Origin: Heterodontus francisci
Taxonomy: Eukaryota
NCBI RefSeq assembly: GCF_036365525.1
Contig: NC_090378.1
Span: forward strand, 119,459,593 to 119,523,592
Length of the DNA: 64,000 nucleotides
Direction of reading: 5' to 3'
The translations under genes were made by a program, and so were the position numbers. This document shows positions 22,801 through 37,800 of the stretch, in pieces (positions within the stretch are counted from its first letter, which is position 1; the number at the start of each line of letters is the position of its first letter). Under the pieces are notes generated by a model. That model did not search any database, was not told the DNA's origin, and saw only the letters and a program-made list of their open reading frames with translations.

Positions 22801-25800
22801 TCCATTATTATATATTATATATAACTGTGGGATGTGTCAGTACAGGAGGTGGGACCGTGTGTCCATTATTATATATTATATATAACAGTGGGATGTTTCA
22901 GTGCAGGAGGTGGGACTGTGTGTCCATTATTATATATTATATCTAACTGTGGGATGTGTCAGTACAGGAGGTGGGACTGTGTGTCCATTATTATATATTA
23001 TATATAACTGTGGGATGTGTCAGTACAGGAGGTGGGACTGTGTGTCCATTATTATATATTATATATAACTGTGGGATGTGTCAGTACAGGAGGTGGGACT
23101 GTGTGTCCATTATTATATATTATATCTAACTGTGGGATGTGTCAGTACAGGAGGTGGGACTGTGTGTCCATTATTATATATTATATATAACTGTGGGATG
23201 TGTCAGTACAGGAGGTGGGACTGTGTGTCCATTATTATATATTATATATAACTGTGGGATGTGTCAGTGCAGGAGGTGGGACTGTGTGTCCATTATTATA
23301 TATTATATATAACTGTGGGATGTGTCAGTGCGGGAGGTGGGACTGTGCGTCCCATATTATATATTATATATAACAGTGGAACGTGTCAGTCGAGGAGGTG
23401 GGACTGTGCGTCCCTTATTATATATTATCTATAACTGTGGAACGTGTTAGTCGAGGAGGTGGGACTGTGTGTCCATTATTATATATTATATATAACTGTG
23501 GGATGTGTCAGTGCAGAAGGTGGGACTGTGTGTCCATTATTATATATTATATATAACTGTGGGATGTGTCAGTGCAGGAGGTCGGACTGTGTGTCCATTA
23601 TTATACATTATCTATAACTGTGGGATGTGTCAGTGCAGGAGGTGGGACTGTGTGTCCATTATTATATATTATATATAACTGTGGGATGTGTCAGTGCGGG
23701 AGGTGGGACTGTGCGTCCCATATTATATATTATATATAACAGTGGAACGTGTCAGTCGAGGAGGTGGGACTGTGCGTCCCTTATTATATATTATCTATAA
23801 CTGTGGAACGTGTTAGTCGAGGAGGTGGGACTGTGTGTCCATTATTATATATTATATATAACTGTGGAACGTGTCAGTCGAGGAGGTGGGACTGTGCGTC
23901 CCTTATTATATATTATATATAACTGTGGAACGTGTTAGTCGAGGAGGTGGGACTGTGCGTCCCTTATTATATATTATATATAACTGTGGAACGTGTCAGT
24001 CGAGGAGGTGGGACTGTGCGTCCCTTATTATATATTATATATAACTGTGGAACGTGTCAGTCGAGGAGGTGGGACTGTGCATCCATTATTATATATTATA
24101 TATAACTGTGGGATGTGTCAGTGCGGGAGGTGGGCTGTGAGTCCATTATTATATATTATATATAAATGTGGAACATGTCAGTCGGGTAGGTGGGACTGTG
24201 CGTCCATTATTATATATTATATATAACTGTGGAACGTGTCAGTCGAGGAGGTGGGACTGTGTGTTCATTATTATATATTATATATAACTGTGGAATGTGT
24301 CAGTGCGGGAGGTGGGCTGTGAGTCCATTATTATATATTATATATAAATGTGGAACATGTCAGTCGGGTAGGTGGGACTGTGCGTCCATTATTATATATT
24401 ATATATAACTGTGGGATGTGTCAGTGCGGGAGGTGGGACTGTGTGTCCATTATTATATATTATCTATAACTGTGGGATGTCAGTGCGGGAGGTGGGACTG
24501 TGTATCCATTATTATATATTATATATAACTGTGGGATGTGTCAGTGCGGGAGGTGGGACTGTGTGTCCATTATTATATATTATCTATAACTGTGGGATGT
24601 GTCAGTGCGGGAGGTGGGCTGTGAGTCCATTATTATATATTATATATAAATGTGGAACATGTCAGTCGGGTAGGTGGGACTGTGCGTCCATTATTATATA
24701 TTATATATAACTGTGGGATGTCAGTGCGGGAGGTGGGACTGTGTGTCCATTATTATATATTATATGTAACTGTGGGATGTGTCAGTGCGGGAGGTGGGAC
24801 TGTGTGTCCATTATTATATATTATATATAACTGTGGGATGTGTCAGTGCGGGAGGTGGGACTGTGTGTCCATTATTATATATTATATATAACTGTGGGAT
24901 GTTTCAGTGCGGGAGGTGGGACTGTGTTTCCATTATTATATATTATATATAACTGTGGGATGTGTCAGTGCGGGAGGTGGGACAGTGTATCCATTATTAT
25001 ATACTATATATAACTGTGGGATGTTTCAGTGTGGGAGGTGGGACTGTGTTTCCATTATTATATATTATATATAACTGTGGGATGTGTCAGTGCGGGAGGC
25101 GGGACTGTGTTTCCATTATTATATATTATATATAACTGTGGGATGTGTCAGTGCAGGAGGTGGGACTGTGTGTCGATTATTATATATTATATATAACTGT
25201 GGGATGTGTCAGTGCAGGAGGTGGGACTGTGTGTCGATTATTATATATTATATATAACTGTGGGATGTGTCAGTACAGGAGGTGGGACCGTGTGTCCATT
25301 ATTATATATTATATATAACAGTGGGATGTTTCAGTGCGGGAGGTGGGACTGTGTTTCCATTATTATATATTATATATAACTGTGGGATGTGTCAGTGCAG
25401 GTGGTGGGACTGTGTGTCCATTATTATATATTATATATAACTGTGGGATGTGTCAGTACAGGAGGTGGGACTGTGTGTCCATTATTATATACTATATATA
25501 ACTGTGGGATGTTTCAGTGCGGGAGGTGGGACTGTGTTTCCATTATTATATATTATATATAACTGTGGGATTTGTCATAATGGGAGGTGGGACTGTGTTT
25601 CCAATATTATATCTTATATATAACTGTGGAACGTGTCAGTCGAGCAGGTGGGACTGTGCGTCCATTATTATATATGAGATATAACTGTGGGATGTGTCAG
25701 TGCGGGAGGTGGGACTGTGTGTCCATTATTATATATTATATATAACTGTGGAACGTGTCAGTCGAGGAGGTGGTACTGTGCGTCCATTATTATATATTAT

Positions 25801-28800
25801 ATATAACTGTGGGATGTGTCAGTGCGGGAGGTGGGACTGTGTGTCCATTACTATATATTATATATAACTGTGGAACGTGTAAATCAAGGAGGTGGGACTG
25901 TGTCTCCATTATTATATATTATATATCACTGTGGAACGTGTCAGTCGAGGAGGTGGGACTGTGCGTCCATTATTATATATTATATGTAACTGTGGAAAGT
26001 GTCAGTCGAGGAGGTGGGACTGTGTGTCCATTATTATATATTATATATAACTGTGGGATGTGTCAGTGCGGGAGGTGGGACTGTGTGTCCATTATTATAT
26101 ATTATATATAACTGTGGGATGTGTCAGTACAGGAGGTGGGACTGTGTGTCCATTATTATATATTATATATAACTGTGGAACGTGTCAGTCGAGGAGGTGG
26201 GACTGTGCGTCCAATATTATATATTATATATAACTGTGGGATGTGTCAGTGCGGGAAGTGGGACTGTGTGTCCATTATTATATATTATATACAACTGTCG
26301 GATGTGTCAGTGCGGGAGGTGGGACTGTGTGTCCATTATTATATATTCTAGATAACTGTCGGATGTGTCAGTACAGGAGGTGGGACTGTGTGTCCAATAT
26401 TATGTCTTATATATAACTGTGGGATGTGTCAGTGCGGGAGGTGGGACTGTGTGTCCATGAACATATATTATATATAACTGTGGGATGTGTCAGTACAGGA
26501 GGTGGGGCTGTGTGTCCAATATTATATATTATATATAACTGTCGGATGTGTCAGTACAGGAGGTGGGACTGTGTGTCCAATATTATATATTATATATAAC
26601 TGTCGGATGTGTCAGTACAGGAGGTGGGACTGTGTGTCCAATATTATGTCTTATATATAACTGTGGGACGTGTCAGTCCAGGAGGTGGGACTGTGTGTCC
26701 ATTATTATATATTAGATATAACAGTGGGATGTGTCAGTACAGGAGGTGGGACTGTGCGTCCATTATTATATATTATATATAACTGTGGGATGTGTCAGTT
26801 CAGGAGGTGGGACTGTGTGTCCATTATTATATATTATATATAACTGTGGGATGTGTCAGTGCAGGAGGTGCGACTGTGTGTCCATTATTATATATTATAT
26901 ATAACAGTGGGATGTGTCAGTGCGGAAGGTGGGACTGTGCATCCATTATTATATATTATATATAACAGTGGAACGTGTCAGTCGAGGAGGTGGGACTGTG
27001 CGTCCCATATTATATATTATATATAACAGTGGAACGTGTCAGTCGAGGAGGTGGGACTGTGCGTCCCTTATTATATATTATATATAACTGTGGAACGTGT
27101 TAGTCGAGGAGGTGGGACTGTGCGTCCCTAATTATATATTATATATAACTGTGGAACGTGTCAGTCGAGGAGGTGGGACTGTGCGTCCCTTATTATATAT
27201 TATATATAACTGTGGAACGTGTCAGTCGAGGAGGTGGGACTGTGCATCCATTATTATATATATATATAACTGTGGGATGTGTCAGTGCGGGAGGTGGGAC
27301 TGTGTGTCCATTATTATATATTATATATAACTGTGGGATGTGTCAGTGCGGGAGGTGGGACTGTGCGTCCATTATTATATATTATCTATAACTGTGGGAT
27401 GTGTCAGTGCGGGAGGAGGGCTGTGAGTCCATTATTATATATTATATATAAATGTGGAACATGTCAGTCGGGTAGGTGGGACTGTGCGTCCATTATTATA
27501 TATTATATATAACTGTGGGATGTCAGTGCGGGAGGTGGGACTGTGTGTCCATTATTATATACTATATATAACTGTGAGATGTGTCAGTGCGGGAGGTGGG
27601 ACTGTGTGTCCATTATTATATACTATATATAACTGTGAAATGTGTCAGTGCGGGAGGTGGGACTGTGTGTCCATTATTATATACTATATATAACTGTGGG
27701 ATGTGTCAGTGCGGGAGGTGGGACTGTGTGTCCATTATTATATACTATATATAACTGTGGGATGTGTCAGTGCGGGAGGTGGGACTGTGTGTCCATTATT
27801 ATATATTATATATAACTGTCGGATGTGTCAGTACAGGTGGTGGGACTGTGTGTCCATTATTATATATTATATATAACTGTGGGATGTGTCAGTGCGGGAG
27901 GTGGGACTGTGTGTCCATTATTATATACTATATATAACTGTGGGATGTGTCAGTGCGGGAGGTGGGACTGTGTGTCCATTATTATCATTATATATAACTG
28001 TGGGATGTGTCAGTGCAGGAGGTGGGACTGTGTGTCGATTATTATATATTTTCTATAACTGTGGGATGTGTCAGTGCGGGAGGTGGGACTGTGTGTCCAT
28101 TATTATATATTATATATAACTGTGGGATGTGTCAGTGCAGGTGGTGGGACAGTGTGTCCATTATTATATATTATATATAACTGTGGGATGTTTCAGTGCG
28201 GGAGGTGGGACTGTGTTTCCATTATTATATATTATATATAACTGTGGGATGTGTCATAATGGGAGGTGGGACTGTGTTTCCAATATTATATATTATATAT
28301 AACTGTGGAACGTGTCAGTCGAGGAGGTGGGACTGTGCGTCCATTATTATATATTATATATAACTGTGGGATGTGTCAGTGCGGGAGGTGGGACTGTGTG
28401 TCCATTATTATATATTATATATAACTGTGGAACGTGTCAGTCGAGGAGGTGGTACTGTGCGTCCATTATTATATATTATATATAACTGTGGGATGTGTCA
28501 GTGCGGGAGGTGGGACTGTCTGTCCATTATTATATATTATATATAACTGTGGAACGTGTCAGTCGAGGAGGTGGCACGGTGCGTCCATTATTATATATTA
28601 TATATAACTGTGGGATGTGTCAGTGCAGGAGGTGGGACTGTGTGTCCATTATTATATATTATATATAACTGTGGGATGTGTCAGTGCGGGAGGTGGGACT
28701 GTGTGTCCATTACTATATATTATATATAACTGTGGAACGTGTAAATCAAGGAGGTGGGACTGTGTCTCCATTATTATATATTATATATAACTGTGGAACG

Positions 28801-31800
28801 TGTCAGTCGAGGAGGTGGGACTGTGCGTCCCTTATTATATATTATATATAACTGTGGGATGTGTCAGTGCGGGAGGTGGGACTGTGTGTCCATTACTAAA
28901 TATTATATATAACTGTGGAACGTGTAAATCAAGGAGGTGGGACTGTGTCTCCATTATTATATATTATATATAACTGTGGAACGTGTCAGTCGAGGAGGTG
29001 GGACTGTGCGTCCCTTATTATATATTATATATAACTGTGGAAAGTGTCAGTCGAGGAGGTGGGACTGTGTGTCCATTGTTATATATTATATATAACAGTG
29101 GGATGTGTCAGTGCGGGAGGTGGGACTGTGTGTCCATTATTATATATTATATATAACTGTGGGATGTGTCAGTACAGGAGGTGGGACTGTGTGTCCATTA
29201 TCATATATTATATATAACTGTGGAACGTGTCAGTCGAGGAGGTGGGACTGTGCGTCCATTATTATATATTATATATAACTGTGGGATGTGTCAGTGCGGG
29301 AGGTGGGACTGTGTGTCCATTATTATATACTATATATAATTGTGGGATGTGTCAGTGCGGGAGGTGGGACTGTGTGTCCATTATTATATATTATATATAA
29401 CTGTGGGATGTGTCAGTGCGGGAGGTGGGACTGTCTGTCCATTATTATATATTATATATAACTGTGGGATGTGTCAGTGCGGGAGGTGGGACTGTGTGTC
29501 CATTACTATTTATTATATATAACTGTGGAACGTGTAAATCAAGGAGGTGGGACTGTGTCTCCATTATTATATATTATATATAACTGTGGAACGTGTCAGT
29601 CGAGGAGGTGGGACTGTGCGTCCCTTATTATATATTATATATAACTGTGGAAAGTGTCAGTCGAGGAGGTGGGACTGTGTGTCCATTATTATATATTATA
29701 TATAACTGTGGGATGTGTCAGTGCGGGAGGTGGGACTGTGTGTCCATTATTATATATTATATATAACTGTGGGATGTGTCAGTACAGGAGGTGGGACTGT
29801 GTATCCATTATTATATATTATATATAACTGTGGAACGTGTCAGTACAGGAGGTGGGACTGTGTATCCATTATTATATATTATATATAACTGTGGGATGTG
29901 TCAGTACAGGAGGTGGGACTGTGTGTCCATTATTATATATTAAGTATAACTGTGGGATGTGTCAGTACAGGAGGTGGGACTGTGTGTCCATGAACATATA
30001 TTATATATAACTGTGGGATGTGTCAGTACAGGACGTGGGACTGTGAGCCCATTATTATATATTCTAGATAACAGTGGGATCTGTCAGGACAGGAGGTGGG
30101 GCTGTGTGTCCATTATTATATATTATATATAAATGTGGGATGTGTCAGTGCAGGAGGTGGGACTGTGTGTCCATTATTATATATTATATATAACTGTGTG
30201 ATGTGTCAGTGCGGGAGGTGGGACTGTGTGTCCAATATTATGTCTTATATATAACTGTGGGACGTGTCAGTCCAGGAGGTGGGACTGTGTGTCCATTATT
30301 ATATATTAGATATAACTGTGGGATGTGTCAGTACAGGAGGTGGGACTGTGTGTCCATTATTATATATTAAGTATAACTGTGGGATGTGTCAGTACAGGAG
30401 GTGGGACTGTGTGTCCATTATTATATATTATATATAACTGTGGGATGTGTCAGTGCGGGAGGTGGGACTGTGTGTCCATTATTATATATTATATATAACT
30501 GTGGGATGTGTCAGTGCGGGAGGTGGGACTGTGTGTCCATGAACATATATTATATATAACTGTGGGATGTGTCAGTACAGGACGTGGGACTGTGAGCCCA
30601 TTATTATATTTTCTAGATAACAGTGGGATGTGTCAGTACAGGGGGTGGGACTGTGTGTCCATTATTATATATTATATATAACTGTGGGATGTGTCAGTGC
30701 AGGAGGTGGGACTGTGTGTCCATTATTATATATTATATATAACTGAGGGATGTGTCAGGACAGGAGGTGGGACTGTGTGTCGATTATTATATATTATATA
30801 TAACTGTGGGATGTGTCAGAGCGGGAGGTGGGATTTTGTGTCCATTATTATATATAATATATAAATGTGGGATGTGTCAGTGCAGGAGGTGGGACTGTGT
30901 GTCCATTATTATCTATTATATATAACTGTGGGATGTGTCAGTGCGGGAGGTGGGACTGTGTGTCCATTATTATATATTATATATAACTGTGGGATGTGTC
31001 AGTGCGGGAGGTGGGACTGTGTGTCCATTATTATATATTATATATAACTGAGGGATGTGTCAGGACAGGAGGTGGGACTGTGTGTCGATTATTATATATT
31101 ATATATAACTGTGGGATGTGTCAGAGCGGGAGGTGGGATTTTGTGTCCATTATTATATATAATATATAAATGTGGGATGTGTCAGTGCAGGAGGTGGGAC
31201 TGTGTGTCCATTATTATATATAATATATAATTGTGGGATGTGTCAGTGCAGGAGGTGGGACTGTGTGTCCAATATTATATATTATATATAACTGTGGGAT
31301 GTGTCAGTGCGGGAGGTGGGACTGTGTGTCCATTATTATATATTATATATAACTGTGGAACGTGTCAGTGTGGGAGGTGGGACTATGCGTCCATTATTAT
31401 ATATTATATATAACTGTGGAAAGTGTCAGTCGAGGAGGTGGGACTGTGTGTCCATTATTATATATTATATATAACTGTGGGATGTGTCAGTGCGGGAGGT
31501 GGGACTGTGTGTCCATTATTATATATTATATATAACTGTGGGATGTGTCAGTACAGGAGGTGGGACTGTGTGTCCAATATTATGTCTTATATATAACTGT
31601 GGGACGTGTCAGTCCAGGAGGTGGGACTGTGTGTCCATTATTATATATTAGATATAACTGTGGGATGTGTCAGTACAGGAGGTGGGACTGTGTGTCCATT
31701 ATTATATATTAAATATAACTGTGGGATGTGTCAGTACAGGAGGTGGCCTGTGTGTCCATTATTATATATTATATATAACTGAGGGATGTGTCAGGACAGG

Positions 31801-34800
31801 AGGTGGGACTGTGTGTCCATTATTATATATTATATATAACTGTGGGATGGGTCAGTGCGGGAGGTGGGACTGTGTGTCGATTATAATATATTATATACAA
31901 CTGTGGGATGTGTCAGTACAGGAGGTGGGACTGTATGTCGATTATTATATATTATATATAACTGTGGGATGTGTCAGAGCGGGAGGTGGGATTTTGTGTC
32001 CATTATTATATATAATATATAAATGTGGGATGTTTCAGTGCAGGAGGTGGGACTGTGTGTCCATTATTATCTATTATATATAACTGTGGGATGTGTCAGT
32101 GCGGGAGGTGGGACTGTGTGTCCATTATTATATATTATATATAACTGTGGGTTGTGTCAGTAGAGGAGGTGGGACTGTGAGTCCATTATTATATATAATA
32201 TATAATTGTGGGATGTGTCAGTGCAGGAGGTGGGACTGTGTGTCCAATATTATATATTATATATAACTGTGGGATGTGTCAGTGCAGGAGGTGGGACTGT
32301 GTGTCCAATATTATATATTATGTATAACTGTGGGTTGTGTCAGTAGAGGAGGTGGGACTGTGAGTCCATTATTATATATAATATATAATTGTGGGATGTG
32401 TCAGTGCAGGAGGTGGGACTGTGTGTCCAATATTATATATTATATATAACTGTGGGATGTGTCAGTGCGGGAGGTGGGACTGTGTGTCCATTATTATATA
32501 TTATATATAACTGCGGAACGTGTCAGTGTGGGAGGTGGGACTATGCGTCCATTACTATATATTATATATAACTGTGGAAAGTGTCAGTCGAGGAGGTGGG
32601 ACTGTGTGTCCATTATGATATATTATATATAACTGTGGGATGTGTCAGTGCGGGAGGTGGGACTGTGTGTCCATTATTATATATTATATATAACTGTGGG
32701 ATGTGTCAGTACAGGAGGTGGGACTGTGTGTCCATTATTATATATTATATATAACTGTCGGATGTGTCAGTGCGGGAGGTGGGACTGTGTGTCCATTATT
32801 ATATATTCTAGATAACTGTCGGATGTGTCAGTACAGGAGGTGGGACTGTGTGTCCATTATTATATATCATATATAAATGTGGGATGTGTCAGTACAGGAG
32901 GTGGGACTGTGTGTCCATTATTATATATTATATATAACTGTGGGATGTGTCAGTGCAGGAGGTGGGACTGTGTGTCCATTATTATATATTATATATAACT
33001 GTCGGATGTGTCAGTGCGGGAGGTGGGACTGTGTGTCCATTATTATATATTCTGGATAACTGTCGGATGTGTCAGTACAGGAGGTGGGACTGTGTGTCCA
33101 ATATTATGTCTTATATATAACTGTGGGATGTGTCAGTGCGGGAGGTGGGACTGTGTGTCCATGAACATATATTATATATAACTGTGGGATGTGTCAGTAC
33201 AGGACTTGGGACTGTGAGCCCATTATTATATATTCTAGATAACAGTGGGATCTGTCAGGACAGGAGGTGGGGCTGTGTGTCCAATATTATATATTATATA
33301 TAACTGTCGGATGTGTCATAATGGGAGGTGGGACTGTGTTTCCAATATTATATATTATATATATCTGTGGAACGTGTCAGTCGAGGAGGTGGGACTGTGC
33401 GTCCATTATTAGATATTATATATAACTGTGGGATGTATCAGTGCGGGAGGTGGGACTGTGTGTCCATTACTATATATTATATATAACTGTGGAACGTGTA
33501 AATCAAGGAGGTGGGACTGTCTCCATTATTATATATTATATATAACTGTGGAACGTGTCAGTCGAGGAGGTGGGACTGTGCGTCCCTTATTATATATTAT
33601 ATATAACTGTGGAAAGTGTCAGTCGAGGAGGTGGGACTGTGTGTCCATTATTATATATTATATATAACTGTGGGATGTGTCAGTGCGGGAGGTGGGACTG
33701 TGTGTCCATTATTATATATTCTAGTATTCTAGATAACTGTCGGATGTGTCAGTACAGGAGGTGGGACTGTGTGTCCATTATTATATATCATATATAAATG
33801 TGGGATGTGTCAGTACAGGAGGTGGGACTGTGTGTCCATTATTATATATTATATATAACTGTGGGATGTGTCAGTGCAGGAGGTGGGACTGTGTGTCCAT
33901 TATTATATATTATATATAACTGTCGGATGTGTCAGTGCGGGAGGTGGGACTGTGTGTCCATTATTATATATTCTGGATAACTGTCGGATGTGTCAGTACA
34001 GGAGGTGGGACTGTGTGTCCAATATTATGTCTTATATATAACTGTGGGATGTGTCAGTGCGGGAGGTGGGACTGTGTGTCCATGAACATATATTATATAT
34101 AACTGTGGGATGTGTCAGTACAGGACTTGGGACTGTGAGCCCATTATTATATATTCTAGATAACAGTGGGATCTGTCAGGACAGGAGGTGGGGCTGTGTG
34201 TCCAATATTATATATTATATATAACTGTCGGATGTGTCATAATGGGAGGTGGGACTGTGTTTCCAATATTATATATTATATATAACTGTGGAACGTGTCA
34301 GTCGAGGAGGTGGGACTGTGCGTCCATTATTATATATTATATATAACTGTGGAACGTGTCAGTCGAGGAGGTGGTACTGTGCGTCCATTATTATATATTA
34401 TATGTAACTGTGGGATGTGTCAGTGCGGGAGGTGGGACTGTCTGTCCATTATTATATATTATATATAACTGTGGAACGTGTCAGTCGAGGAGGTGGGACT
34501 GTGTGTCCATTATTATATATTATATATAACTGTGGGATGTGTCAGTGCGGGAGGTGGGACTGTGTGTCCATTACTATATATTATATATAACTGTGGAAGG
34601 TGTAAATCAAGGAGGTGGGACTGTCTCCATTATTATATATTATATATAACTGTGGAACGTGTCAGTCGAGGAGGTGGGACTGTGCGTCCCTTATTATATA
34701 TTATATATAACTGTGGAAAGTGTCAGTCGAGGAGGTGGGACTGTGTGTCCATTATTATATATTATATATAACTGTGGGATGTGTCAGTGCGGGAGGTGGG

Positions 34801-37800
34801 ACTGTGTGTCCATTATTATATGTTATATATAACTGTGGAATGTGTCAGTACAGGAGGTGGGACTGTGTGTCCATTATTATATATTATATATAACTGTGGA
34901 ACGTGTCAGTCGAGGAGGTGGGACTGTGCGTCCATTATTATATATTAAGTATAACTGTGGGATGTGTCAGTACAGGAGGTGGGACTGTGTGTCCATTATT
35001 ATATATTATATATAAATGTGGGATGTGTCAGTGCAGGAGGTGGGACTGTGTGTCCATTATTATATATTATATATAACTGTGGGATGTGTCAGTGCGGGAG
35101 GTGGGACTGTGTGTCCATGAACATATATTATATATAACTGTGGGATGTGTCAGTACAGGACGTGGGACTGTGAGCCCATTATTATATTTTCTAGATAACA
35201 GTGGGATGTGTCAGTACAGGGGGTGGGACTGTGTGTCCATTATTATATATTATATATAACTGTGGGATGTGTCAGTGCAGGAGGTGGGACTGTGTGTCCA
35301 TTATTATATATTATATATAACTGAGGGATGTGTCAGGACAGGAGGTGGGACTGTGTGTCGATTATTATATATTATATATAACTGTGGGATGTGTCAGAGC
35401 GGGAGGTGGGATTTTGTGTCCATTATTATATATAATATATAAATGTGGGATGTGTCAGTGCAGGAGGTGGGACTGTGTGTCCATTATTATCTATTATATA
35501 TAACTGTGGGATGTGTCAGTGCGGGAGGTGGGACTGTGTGTCCATTATTATATATTATATATAACTGTGGGATGTGTCAGTGCGGGAGGTGGGACTGTGT
35601 GTCCATTATTATATATTATATATAACTGTGGGTTGTGTCAGTAGAGGAGGTGGGACTGTGAGTCCATTATTATATATAATATATAATTGTGGGATGTGTC
35701 AGTGCAGGAGGTGGGACTGTGTGTCCAATATTATATATTATATATAACTGTGGGATGTGTCAGTGCGGGAGGTGGGACTGTGTGTCCATTATTATATATT
35801 ATATATAACTGTGGAACGTGTCAGTGTGGGAGGTGGGACTATGCGTCCATTATTATATATTATATATAACTGTGGAAAGTGTCAGTCGAGGAGGTGGGAC
35901 TGTGTGTCCATTATTATATATTATATATAACTGTGGGATGTGTCTGTGCGGGAGGTGGGACTGTGTGTCCATTATTATATATTATATATAACTGTGGGAT
36001 GTGTCAGTACAGGAGGTGGGACTGTGTGTCCAATATTATGTCTTATATATAACTGTGGGACGTGTCAGTCCAGGAGGTGGGACTGTGTGTCCATTATTAT
36101 ATATTAGATATAACTGTGGGATGTGTCAGTACAGGAGGTGGGACTGTGTGTCCATTATTATATATTAAATATAACTGTGGGATGTGTCAGTACAGGAGGT
36201 GGGACTGTGTGTCCATTATTATATATTATATATAACTGAGGGATGTGTCAGGACAGGAGGTGGGACTGTGTGTCCATTATTATATATTATATATAACTGT
36301 GGGATGGGTCAGTGCGGGAGGTGGGACTGTGTGTCGATTATAATATATTATATACAACTGTGGGATGTGTCAGTACAGGAGGTGGGACTGTATGTCGATT
36401 ATTATATATTATATATAACTGTGGGATGTGTCAGAGCGGGAGGTGGGATTTTGTGTCCATTATTATATATAATATATAAATGTGGGATGTTTCAGTGCAG
36501 GAGGTGGGACTGTGTGTCCATTATTATCTATTATATATAACTGTGGGATGTGTCAGTGCGGGAGGTGGGACTGTGTGTCCATTATTATATATTATATATA
36601 ACTGTGGGTTGTGTCAGTAGAGGAGGTGGGACTGTGAGTCCATTATTATATATAATATATAATTGTGGGATGTGTCAGTGCAGGAGGTGGGACTGTGTGT
36701 CCAATATTATATATTATATATAACTGTGGGATGTGTCAGTGCAGGAGGTGGGACTGTGTGTCCAATATTATATATTATGTATAACTGTGGGTTGTGTCAG
36801 TAGAGGAGGTGGGACTGTGAGTCCATTATTATATATAATATATAATTGTGGGATGTGTCAGTGCAGGAGGTGGGACTGTGTGTCCAATATTATATATTAT
36901 ATATAACTGTGGGATGTGTCAGTGCGGGAGGTGGGACTGTGTGTCCATTATTATATATTATATATAACTGCGGAACGTGTCAGTGTGGGAGGTGGGACTA
37001 TGCGTCCATTACTATATATTATATATAACTGTGGAAAGTGTCAGTCGAGGAGGTGGGACTGTGTGTCCATTATGATATATTATATATAACTGTGGGATGT
37101 GTCAGTGCGGGAGGTGGGACTGTGTGTCCATTATTATATATTATATATAACTGTGGGATGTGTCAGTACAGGAGGTGGGACTGTGTGTCCATTATTATAT
37201 ATTATATATAACTGTCGGATGTGTCAGTGCGGGAGGTGGGACTGTGTGTCCATTATTATATATTCTAGATAACTGTCGGATGTGTCAGTACAGGAGGTGG
37301 GACTGTGTGTCCATTATTATATATCATATATAAATGTGGGATGTGTCAGTACAGGAGGTGGGACTGTGTGTCCATTATTATATATTATATATAACTGTGG
37401 GATGTGTCAGTGCAGGAGGTGGGACTGTGTGTCCATTATTATATATTATATATAACTGTCGGATGTGTCAGTGCGGGAGGTGGGACTGTGTGTCCATTAT
37501 TATATATTCTGGATAACTGTCGGATGTGTCAGTACAGGAGGTGGGACTGTGTGTCCAATATTATGTCTTATATATAACTGTGGGATGTGTCAGTGCGGGA
37601 GGTGGGACTGTGTGTCCATGAACATATATTATATATAACTGTGGGATGTGTCAGTACAGGACTTGGGACTGTGAGCCCATTATTATATATTCTAGATAAC
37701 AGTGGGATCTGTCAGGACAGGAGGTGGGGCTGTGTGTCCAATATTATATATTATATATAACTGTCGGATGTGTCATAATGGGAGGTGGGACTGTGTTTCC

